Shown here: positions 25,177 to 36,400 of the stretch, in pieces | How the letters are laid out: the number at the start of each line of letters is the position of its first letter | Numbering within the stretch: position 1 is the stretch's first letter | NCBI GenBank assembly: GCA_002269645.1 | Contig: NIVC01001121.1 | Coordinates: forward strand, 62,001-126,000 | DNA length: 64,000 bases | From: Macrostomum lignano | Lineage: Eukaryota | Direction of reading: 5' to 3' | Notes under the pieces: generated by a model | What the model saw: only the letters and a program-made list of their open reading frames with translations | Database searches by the model: none | Told to the model about the DNA's origin: nothing | Translations under genes and position numbers: made by a program

Positions 25177-28100
25177 CTAACTATCCTCCAGTCTGTTGTA
25201 CGCTTCCTGTTGAACACTTCTAGCGCGAGTCAGGGCCAGAAATATTAAAGTCAGAACGACGCCTGAAAATAAAAAAATAATTTAGACACGAAATTGAAAT
25301 TGTAAGTGCAAGAATATAGCACAGATTCTAAAATAACTAGATGGGCCACTCGGGCATATATACTTAGTAAAACAGCTTTCTACTTTCCGTTCAGTAGCAA
25401 AGAAGAATGCATAAGCTATTTTATAAAAATAAAGGCAGCTGAAATGACTTTGATAAGTTTAGAAGCCCAAGCTTGCAGGCGTAAACAGCTTGCTAATTGG
25501 TTCAGCAATAATGTACATTAGCCAGTCCACTGAAATGTACATGGCCGCTTTCGACTGGAATTCCGAGAAAGGCAATAAAAATTGGGCCGGGGCGAGGGGG
25601 TAGTGTGGAAAGGTGCGGTTGAAGGGTTTAAGCTGGAGGGTAAGAGCCAATAAATGAGCCTTGGCTTTAAACTTACATTAAAATGCTTCTGTTTAACTTA
25701 CTACTGAACTAGCTTGCATGCAAATGTGCTGAGTGACCCATCTAGTTATTCTAGTATCTGTGGAATATACTCGTAGTTTGAAAGTTAGTAATAATGATTG
25801 TCTTCCTGGGCTAATAAGGCTATAAGGCCTAAGGGATAGGCTGGGGAATCGAGAGAAACGGGTAGAGGGAGACAGATGTACGGTGAGGAAGGGGTAGAGG
25901 GAGACAGATATACAGTGAGGAAGGGGTAGAGGGAGACAGATGTACAGTGAGGAAGGGGTAGAGGGAGACAGATGTACAGTGAGGAAGGGGTAGAGGGAGA
26001 CAGATGTACAGTGAGGAAGGGGTAGAGGGAGACAGATGTACAGTGAGGAAGGGGTAGAGGGAGACAGATGTACGGTGAGGAAGGGGTAGAGGGAGACAGA
26101 TATACAGTGAGGAAGGGGTAGAGGGAGACAGATGTACAGTGAGGAAGGGGTAGAGGGAGACAGATGTACAGTGAGGAAGGGGTAGAGCGACGAGGATATC
26201 AGATAGTAAGAAGTATAGAAAACCTCTTTTGAGAAGAGAATATATTATATCAATCAAGCCAGCACCCAATTACCTGCCGCGGAGAAAGATGCTCCAGTGA
26301 TGAACAGAGCCAGCCAACCAAACGCCTCCTTGATAGCTGACGTTAGAATAGCGCCCAATATGGCCGATATTGCCTGGATGGTGAAAGAATTTTTTCCAAT
26401 ACATTTCCTGGCTTATCACTTCTTTTTTGATGTGCTGCGAAGGTGAAACTTCTCTGTCGATATTTTACGAGTATCTGCCATATGCACCCTGTTTGTGTCG
26501 ATCATTTGCCGCCCTCTGAGATCCTTTGATGCACCGCCCTTTAAGATATTTTGATACACCGCCGTCGAAGATTCTTTGAGGCACCGCCCCTAAGATCCTT
26601 TGATGCACCACCCTCTGAGATCCTTTGACGCACCGCCCTCCAAGATCTTTTGATGCACCGCCCTCCCAAGATCCTTTGATGCACCGCCCTCCCAAGATCC
26701 TTTGATGCACCGCCCTCTGAGACCCTTTGATGCATCGCCCTTCAAGATATTTTGATGCACCGCCCTCCCAATATCCTTTGATGCACCTCCCTCCCAAGAT
26801 CCTTTGATGCACCGCCCTCCCAAGATCCTTTGATGCACCGTCCTCTGAGACCCTTTGATGCATCGCCCTTTATAAAATCCCATTTATCTGGATTTTTCGA
26901 GTGCTAATTTTAGCTAATGAAATTTAATTTTTGAACACAGAGGTACACAAGGGGGAGTAGCGCTCACATTCCCAGTAAAGATGAGTCCATAATTAACGCT
27001 GAAAAACTTCGATCCAAACAGTTTGGCGCAAGCGGCCGGAAACAGAGCGAAATTTCCTGCAAAAAATGCGAACATCAGGCACACGTAGATAAAGTAGAAA
27101 GCAGCCGATGAGCTCAGATAGAAAGTGGCCAAGAGAACGGCGGCGCCAGTGCACAGAGCCAGCATTGGCCGCCAATAGCCCAGCAGATCGTGGCCAAGAC
27201 CCCAAACAACACGGGTACCGGAATTGAATACTGAAGACACGGAGCCTGTGATTGCTAGGAAATGATCGTCAAACTGCCTGTAGAGTCCGTACGCTTTGTA
27301 CTGCGACGAGATGTACACCAGAGACTGCGCGTTCACTAAGAAAGTAAGCCAGAGAATCCAGAATATTGGTTTTTTAACCAGCTGGCGGGGAGAAAGCTGC
27401 AGCTGTTGCTGCTCCTGGGATTGCCGAGAGTGCTGATGCTCCTCACTGGACTGCGGCAAGATCAAAGGCTGCTGCTGGTCGTCAGGGCTGTGTCCGACAG
27501 GCGGTACGGGAAAGAGAAGCAGAGCTCCCAGCAACTGCATTGCGGCATAGGTGGAGCCCAAAACTATGAAGCAGCTGGGCACGCGGTCCAGAATCTCTGG
27601 TTGGTCGAAGTAACTGGAATATTAGCAAACACGTTCGATAATGTCATAGTTGACCATGAATCGTATTCACGTCAACTGCGAAGTTTAAAACGATTTTTTA
27701 AAGATTGAAACTACAAAAAAACAAATATTCAAGGCGTCTACTCCACTATTAAGGCGCCCACTGATAATTATTAGGAACGACGTTATTATACGACTTTAGC
27801 AGAGGCAGGGGGACTTTAAGCGAAATTGTCGCACAAATACAAGAGGCATTACTGCCCATTCCACCGACTCCTCTGAGCAGGCACAAAAGCGCGCGGATAC
27901 GCTATGGAGTCATACGCACAGGCACACACTCACACAGGAGTGTACAGCGGGCCTAAATTTATTTATCGTTAAGCATCTCTAGAGCGTTAATTGCACGAGC
28001 AGAGCCAAGCTGAGATTCCAATTTAGCCCCAAATTGATTGACTGCACTTGGAATCGAGCCTGGGCCGCTGGAACATCAGAATGCCATGCTAGACGACTGA

Positions 28101-29017
28101 GCTACAGCTGATAGTCGTAACTGCCGCTCAGAACTTGAAAATTTTCTACTAACCACGGCCAACCTTGCTTGCATTTTCTGGAAATGAATGCTTGGGCCCC
28201 ATCTGACTAACGATAATGTGTGTGTCTGCTTTTAACATTGAGCTTGTGATGTGATGAAGCTGTTTTAACAGACACAGCAAATACGCACTTATCACCATCC
28301 AGTGTGTAGTTGGCCTTGACATTGTCCGGATTAATGTAGAATGTTTGCAGTTGGTTGAACACAAGACTGCCGCCGCCAAATCCAGCAGCCACTATGCCGC
28401 CAACCAGGCCTTTTCGAGATGGAAACCACTGCGTGGTGAATGGTAGTTTTAGTTGATTTATAACTACGCCTTGGATTAATGACACTCTTGATATTGTAAA
28501 GCGTGGGGCAAAACAGGCATTAATATTTTACCTTCATCGCAGCAGCAATTGCCACAGAGTAAGCCACACCTGTGCCAACTCCAAACATGACGCCATAGGT
28601 GAGGCTGATCAATACAAAATATGACTTGACAGTTAGACTCGAAAGTATGACACCAAGACTAGAAAATTGAAAAGATAGCTGAAGTTTTTGCAAGAAGCCT
28701 AGTGTAATAAATCAATACTGAACAATCAGACAGCCAATTAGCTACCTCATAAACCAGCTGCCAAATAGAGCAGTGAATCTTGCGCCAATCCTTGTTTCAA
28801 TCAGCCCGCCAAGAGCCATAGAAAAGCCCTGACCAGCCAGCGAAAGTGAGAATATCCAAGTAGACTGTGGGTAGTTAATCTCGGGACTTTTGGAATAGAA
28901 CTTCATGTAGGACGTCAGGTAGGGATTCATATTCCCAAACGTGTAGACAGTACCAAGGGTGAAGTGAATGATAAAACCACCAAAAATGGCTAGACAACCC
29001 TTCAATGGAATTACCAT
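25177..29017 (-). CDS. MFS transporter, oxalate:formate antiporter (OxlT/OFA)-like, 456 aa; exons 29017-28746, 28658-28532, 28428-28289, 27613-26968, 26373-26274, 25262-25177
   Basis: GGFIIHFTLGTVYTFGNMNPY, WFPSRKGLVGGIVAAGFGGGSLVFN, FFAGNFALFPAACAKLFGSKFFSVNYGLIF. GT-AG junctions; exon sum 1371 nt = 457 codons ending in TAG. Confidence 0.9.
25858..26187. repeat. 32-bp minisatellite (MFS intron)
   Basis: TAGAGGGAGACAGATGTACAGTGAGGAAGGGG, about 10 copies. Confidence 0.93.
26510..26870. repeat. 26-bp minisatellite (MFS intron)
   Basis: AAGATCCTTTGATGCACCGCCCTCCC units. Confidence 0.9.
27800..28108 (-). mobile_element. tRNA-derived SINE, most complete copy
   Basis: Minus-strand head GCTGTAGCTCAGTCGTCTAGC (A box) and GGCTCGATTCC (B box). 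The body TCACACAGGAGTGTACAG...GTTAATTGCACGAG is shared with two other copies. Confidence 0.7.
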
Positions 29018-30614
29018 AGTGTTATCTGCAAAATGTTTTAATTTTTAATATATGCAGCATGCATATGAGATAACTACACGATAAACCTATTTTCGAAAAC
29101 AAATAATATTTAGAAAGATTAAACATATGGTGCTAGTATAATGAAATGAATGTAGAAAAATAAAAGAAAAAACTGCATAGTGCATGTAATAAGAAACAAT
29201 ATTTTTGCTAATTTCGTAAGTTGCCTATTGACTAGACAATAGTAATCTATGAATCGTCTGTTAGAATTAAATTAGTTCTTTTTCTAACTGTCTCTAATAT
29301 ATCCGTCTCGAAATTAAGATGGTAAAAATTCAATGGCTCCATTTTTATGTACAAATAAAGCAATAAAGGAAAGCAACACTTCATTCACATTTTTTCACAA
29401 CAAAAATTAGAAGTAGTTTAATGATCTTAAAATCCTAAAATTATTGAATCAGAAAATAAAAATATGTCCTCTCAAACTAAACAATAAATACAACGGTTTC
29501 GAAAGAAAAAAGTGATTTAAGTTTTGAGTGAAACGTTTTAATCATAAACTAACTTATTTAGGGCAGCCCAAAAGAACTAGGCAAAGTAGTTTTGTTTCGA
29601 AGAAAAGTAAAATGTTAAATCTGTGCAAAAATAATACGTAAACTTTTTTTAAAAATAGCTTTTTTAAATTTTGTAAATATATTACTAAATTTACTAATAT
29701 AGTTAATAGTTGTCAGTAAACTCTAAATTTTGTATACTCTGCAAGTGTTTTTGTTTTATATCATTAAAAAGTTAAAGCCGATTTTACTTCGTTATCTAGC
29801 ATTGAAAAACAGCAGGCCTGCATTGCCATTAGGTAGGCCTCAAGCCCATTGGCATTAGGTAGCCGTAAGGTAGGCCTAGCTCAAGCTTAAGTAGTGTAGT
29901 TCCTAAAAAAATTCATAGGCCTACTGTGCATGTTAGGAATACCGGATTAGCTTCACCATAGGCCTATGTTAACCATAATATTCTTAGCCCCATAAAACCG
30001 ATTAGTAGTGATGCTATCCTGTAGTGAGGCTAGGCCTATCAGTATCATGGCCTATCATGTAGTTTCTATAGGCCTAGGCCTAGGCCTACTCTATATTGCA
30101 ACTTATAGGCCTACTATATAGACTAGGTCCTAGGCCCTATTGTACTTTTTAGTAGGGTTCTGTTAAAGCAAATCTATGCCATGGCTGTATGTATTTAGAT
30201 ACAGGCTTAGAATATTAGGGACTACCTACAAAATATTAAATGAATCTAGGATCTAGGGACTAGGCCCTATTTGAGTCCTCTGAATTTCGTTTCAGGATAG
30301 GCCTAAATAGGCCCTAATAAATTTATCAAATTTTGGAAAATAGGCCTAAATACTAAATAGGCCTACATTTAAATTTAAAAGTTAAGATTCTAAAAAAGAT
30401 ACATTTTTAATTATTCAATTCTTTGAAATGGTTAGGCCTAGTGTTTGTATCAAATAATCACTAATATTAATAACATAGGATATTAGGCTAGGCCTAACAA
30501 ATCAAGCTTGTGTTACCTCTAAATATATTTTTTTGTACTTTTTTGCTTTGTTATCATTTTGGACATCTTCTAGTCCTAGGTAGAATCTAATAAAGTGGCT
30601 CACTTAACAAGTAA

Positions 30615-31300
30615 AATAAATAGAAAGCCAAAAATCACATGTGTGATTTTTTCGACGTGTTTTGCATACCAAGGTGCATCACTGCATCGTCAGGTATATT
30701 GTTTGAAATGAAAGGTTTGAGTAAGCAAATTTATAAATTAGGCCTATTTGTCAATGAATGTATATAGCTAGTGAGTAAGTATTTTGTATGTACAAAGTAG
30801 TTGGAGGTTGATAGTCCATAAGGTGAGGCAAAGACCAATAGGCAAAAAAAACAAAATATAATTGAATGAGCACTAGTTACAATAAGGTCATCAATCAATC
30901 ATTGATCAATGCCTATCTGATCACATGCTCAAGATCTTAGAAGCCTTGTACATAAAAAACCAGTTGCCCACCCTTAATACACAACTCCAACACAGTGGTG
31001 CAAGCCATGTCTTCCATGTATTCTGAGTGAGAGAGCACTGACCTTGTTGTAACCAGTGCTCATTCAATTATATTTTGTTTTCTGCCTATTGGTCTTCGCC
31101 CCACCCTATGGACTATCAACCTCCAACTACTTTGTATATACAAAATAAATACTTACTCACCAGCTACATACATTTATTGACAAATAATTTATTAATTTGC
31201 TTACTCAAACCTTTTGTTTCAAACAATATATCTAATGATGCACCTTGGTATGCAAAATGTGTAGAAAAAACCACATGTTGATTTTTAGCTTTCTATTTAT
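30615..31300. mobile_element. Foldback/MITE-like element with ~275-bp diverged inverted arms
   Basis: 30615-30890 is the reverse complement of ~31039-31300, e.g. CAAAGTAGTTGGAGGTTGATAGTCCATA vs TATGGACTATCAACCTCCAACTACTTTG. Spacer ~150 bp. Confidence 0.72.
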
Positions 31301-31659
31301 CCTTTAGAGTCTAGTCTAGTCTAAGACTCTAAGAATCTGGCAAGTTTCAAAAAATGGGAAATCTGAAGTATTTGATATAGAGCCTACCTACAAAGCTAAG
31401 CCTAAAGTTCAAAAAGTCCTAATCTAGTAGTTTTAGCAAAAAAAGATATAGGTCTAGGCTAGGCCTAGATCATGGTCACGGCATAAGTTTACAAACTTAA
31501 GCCTATAGGCTACATGTGGCCTATAGAGCCTTTCTTCTCTATTTGGCCCTCAGATCTTTTGAAAGTTTATGATCAGCAATTTGGCCTGCTTAATATTTAT
31601 AAGCTATAGGCCTATCTCTTTTTAGTAGGCTACTCTAATTTTCATTTTTAGTATATAGA

Positions 31660-32030
31660 TTTCTTTTCCATTTTTTCTTTTCTTTTTCTTTTCACACTTC
31701 TCTTGATTACATTATCCACTCTCTTTTCTCCTCTTTTCTTGTCTCTTTTCTGATTCCTTAGGCCCATCTTCTCTTACTTTTCTTATCTCCTCTCCTTATC
31801 TTCTCTTTCCTCATCTTATTTATCTTATTTTCTTTCTTTTCTCTTCTGTCTTCTCTTTTTTCTCTCCTTATTTTATCTCCTTATCTTCTCATCTCCTTTT
31901 TTCTTTCTTTTTTCTCCTTTTCCCCTCATTCTTTTTTCTTTTCATGCTCTTTTCCTTTATTCTCTTGCCTCCATTTTCTCTTATCTCCCTTCTCTCTTCT
32001 TTGTTCTCTCTCCTTTCTCCCTTTTTTCTG
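31660..32030. repeat. CT-rich low-complexity tract
   Basis: Almost pure pyrimidine. Confidence 0.8.
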
Positions 32031-33473
32031 GCCTGTAATCATTCTCTAGGTAACTAAACTATGTTCTTTATCTGCCCTTGAGATAAAAAGTTTGCTAATC
32101 CTTGACCTATATAATTAACTAGGCCTAGTATGCTTATAAAACATTTAGTTTTTTTACTTGGGTTGAGTTAACTTAAGTCTAAGCTATAAAATTTAGACTG
32201 ATTTTTACTTAATAATTTTAAATTTTTGTATTTTGAAAAGATAAAAATACAAAGTATTGGTTTTGTAATATAGTTAGACCTATCCTGGTTGTCCTATCAC
32301 CTAGCCATATTGGCTAAGTTAGGGCTAGTTGTAGCTATATAATAGGCCTATAATAGTTCTTTATTACTTTGTTCTTTTTTTCTTTATCAGAATATTGGAA
32401 TTCAAATTTGGATTTCCTTATAGTAGTTTTTTAACTTGCTTTCATAAGCTTTATCTAATATTGTATTATTAATTTTAGAGGCAAAACTAGCCATCTTTGC
32501 CTATATTGAAAAGGCAAAGAAAGAAACAAAATTGAATAAACTTTTAGGCTTTTGCCTCATATAATTACAAATGTTAATTTCTCAAGGAAAATCTAGCCTT
32601 AAATATTAGCATCCCATTTGAGCTTTGACATTAAAACTTTATTTTAAGCCATGGTTCTACAATAACTCACTTTAATTATGTTTAGTATTCAAAAACTTCC
32701 ATGGAGCCTTGATGTTTTAATAGCCAACCATCCATAACCCTAGGTATCTTAATAACCCTTCCCCATCCCACATTTGTTATTTCAATAATCTCACTCTATG
32801 ATCCTTGCCACCTTGGGATTCACTCCACCATTTCTATTGGCAACACACACATGTAAGTTGCTATTGGCTGAGAGCAGTCATGTGACTACTATTCCATCCA
32901 ATAGCGACTTACATGTGTGTGTTGCCAATAGAAATGGCCGAGTGACATACATGCCGACATACATACCAATCCGGCTGACTGATTTGGTGGCCAAGCAAGT
33001 TAAGTCGCAAAAATGCCCACCCAAAAAATACCAAGTAGTACTAAGTAGATGACGAGGCATTTTCCCCTAAAAGACAGTCATAGTTACTCCTGCCGTTTAC
33101 CCAAAGTTACGTTAGTTTTGCTTTAGGGTTTCTTTTACATGAAAGTCGCATTTTTGGCCAAAAACTACGTTGCATTTTTCTTAAAACTAGGTCGCACGGC
33201 CGACCGAATTTTGGAGGTTGCGCATGTATGTCGAGTGAATCCCAAGGTTGCGCCCAAGCATGCATCTTAGCAACCCATTCCATGACCCTTGACATCTCAC
33301 CAACCCCCAAAAGCTTCCTAGTCCCAAAAAGTTTTTTCCTATTCAATCTCTAGCTAATAATTAATTAGCAAAATTCAAAAGCTAAGAACTTAAATTGTAA
33401 AATAAATAGTGGTAATTTATCCATACATCCTATTGTTTTCAGTTTCACTAAGCCAGTCTTTGCCATTTCTAAG

Positions 33474-36400
33474 ATCTAAAACTGGATAAAAAGCGCAGCA
33501 AACACCAGAGCCACAAGGTTGGCGACCTCCTCTGGGCTCGAACCATTGATTGTCCATATTGGCCGTGTATTGTACAGAAGCCTGAGCATGCTAGCAATGG
33601 TGGAAATGTGTCAGCTATTAGCTCTACTATGTCAGGCCTGTGTCACGTGCGTTTCTTTGGATCAGTGGCAGAAACTTCTTGGGTGCCAGATGATTGCAAT
33701 CTAATTCCATTCCATTCCAAGGTGAGAATTCTTAATATGGGACATCGGGTGTACATCTGTGGTTGCAGTTTGTGCACATCTGTGGTTGCAGTTTGTGTAC
33801 ATCTGTGGTTGCAGTTTGTGCACATCTGTGGTTGCAGTTTGTGCACATCTGTGGTTGCAGTTTGTGCACATCTGTGGTTGCAGTTTGTGCACATTTGGGG
33901 TTGCAGTTTGTGTACATCTGTGGTTGCAGTTTGTGTACATCTGTGGTTGCAGTTTGTGCACATCTAGGGTTGCAGTTTGTGTACATCTAGGGTTGCAGTT
34001 TGTGTACATCTGTGGTTGCAGTTTGTGTACATCTGGGGTTGCAGTTTGTGCGCAACTGGGGTTGCAGTTTGTGTACATCTGGGGTTGCAGTTTGTGCGCA
34101 ACTGGGGTTGCAGTTTGTGTACATCTGGGGTTGCAGTTTGTGCGCAACTGGGGTTGCAGTTTGTGTACATCTGGGGTTGCAGTTTGTGTACATCTGGGGT
34201 TGCAGTTTGTGTACATCTGGGGTTGCAGTTTGTGCGCAACTGGGGTTGCAGTTTGTGTACATCTGGGGTTGCAGTTTGTGTACATCTGGGGTTGCAGTTT
34301 GTGTACATCTGGGGTTGCAGTTTGTGTACATCTGGGGTTGCAGTTTGTGTACATCTGGGGTTGCAGTTTGTGTACATTTGAGAGGTTGCAGTTTGTGCAC
34401 CTACAAGCGGACTGCAGCTGTAGTTTTATCCCGCCCCAACACCCCTCACCAACCCCGCAGTCTCCAAAGCATTTCTGCATTCCCGGGCGGATTCGCCCGC
34501 TATGGAAGGCCGCCTGCAAGCAAGCAGCAGCCGCCGCCGCCGCTGCAGCCAACAATTCGGCCTCCGCGGCCGCAGTTGCACCAGCCGGCGAAGGCGACGG
34601 CGAGGACTCCGACGCCCTGTTTGACTCTGTGTTTGACGCCGTATTAGCTGGCGCCGGCGGTGGCGGCGGCCGGCGCTGCGGCCAAGAACCAGAGGACCAG
34701 TCTGGGCCGCCGTTGGAATTTCATCGCCTGTCGCTGGCGCCCCGCGGCGTCGTCCGGCCGGCACCCAACGTCTGCGACGTCTGCGAAAGGGAGGCCGGCG
34801 ATGCCGCCGCCGACTCCAGCGGCGCCGACAGCAACGAGGACGCCGCGTCCGAGGATGGAGGCGGCGACGCCACCGCGGTGGCCGCCTGTCCGAATCGATG
34901 CGGCCGAATCGGGCACTCCCGGTGCCTGGCCAGCGTGTGCGAGGGCGGCGCCTGCGGCAGCTGCACAAAAGGCCTGCCTGTCAGGTTGGTCAGACATTAA
35001 GATTCTTACATTGTCAGACAGTGAGATTCTAGCATTCAGACAGTGAGATTCTAGCATTGTCAGACAGTGAGATTCTAGCATTGTCAGACAGTGAGATTCT
35101 TACATTGTCAGACAGTGAGATTCTTACATTGTCAGACAGTGAGATTCTAGTATTGCCAGACAGTGAGATTCTAGTATTGCCAGACAGTGAGATTCTAGTA
35201 TTGCCAGACAGTGAGATTCTAGTATTGCCAGACAGTGAGATTCTAGGATTGTCAGACAGTGAGATTCTAGTATTGCCAGACAGTGAGATTCTAGGATTGT
35301 CAGTCAGTGAGATTCTTACATTGTCAGACAGTGAGATTCTAGCGTTGTCAGACAGTGAGATTCTAGTATTGCCAGACAGTGAGATTCTAGGATTGTCAGA
35401 CAGTGAGATTCTAGGATTGTCAGACAGTGAGATTCTAGGATTGTCAGACAGTGAGATTCTAGTATTGTCAGACAGTGAGATTCTAGCATTGTCAGACAGT
35501 GAGATTCTAGTATTGCCAGACAGTGAGATTCTAGCATTGTCAGTCAGTGAGATTCTAGTATTGTCAGACAGTGAGATTCTAGCATTGTCAGTCAGTGAGA
35601 GTCAGGTATTGTGCATGAAACTATGTACCGGAAATACAAATAATGCTTTAACCTAAACTTCCAGGTGCTTCCTCTGCAACTCCACCGCTATCCCAAACGG
35701 AACCGTCAGCGATGGTGACGACGGTAAAGCTGCCGTCTCCCGGTGCCGAGTCCGCGGCTGCGGCCGGGTGTACCACACCGCCTGCGTCGCTAGCGTCGGC
35801 GGCGACTCCGGCACGGCTTCTGGGTTCCGGCGGACTGGCAGAGGATCCACCGGAGACGGGGGCGGCGGCCTGGTGTGCCCGCAGCACGAGTGCCTCACCT
35901 GCCGGCTGGGACCGCCTGACCAGGTAGGGCTTTTTGGCACCATTTTGAATTCTCCATTCTCCCCTTTCAATGCAAAACTTGGCATTCCGACAGCTAATAC
36001 TCCACTAGATCTTTTTCTGGAATCTTTATTACTCTTCTATCCATAGGATCCCCATTCAGGGTCGCATTTTAGATAAATCCTCATTTAGAATGACCCTTCA
36101 CTCCCCATTCAGAATCGGCCTCAAATCCCCATTCAGAATCGGCCTCAAATTCCCATTCAGAATCGGCCTCAAATCCCCATTTAGAATCGGCCTCAAATCC
36201 CCATTCGGAATCGGCCTCAAATCCCCATTCAGAATCGGCCTCAAATCCCCATTTAGAATCGGCCTCAAATCCCCATTCGGAATCGGCCTCAAATCCCCAT
36301 TCAGAATCGGCCTCAAATCCCCATTCGGAATCGGCCTCATATCCCCATTCAAAATCGGCCTCAAATCCCCATTCAGAATCGGCCTCAAATCCCCATTCAA

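Noticed and set aside
25459-25650. Alternative last exon of the MFS gene
   Set aside because: No suitable phase-1 acceptor; 25262-25177 has TTTTCAG and completes TM12.
28040-28108. Functional tRNA gene
   Set aside because: Only A/B boxes are recognisable, there is no clean cloverleaf, and it is attached to a dispersed repeat body.
25177-29017. Recent bacterial horizontal transfer or contamination for the OxlT-like gene
   Set aside because: It has five spliceosomal introns with host-type repeats, and OFA-like MFS genes are known from invertebrates.
33643-35656. Cys-rich metallothionein-like and LSDSEIL repeat ORFs
   Set aside because: 23- and 24-bp intronic arrays; only 34461-34984 is a real exon.
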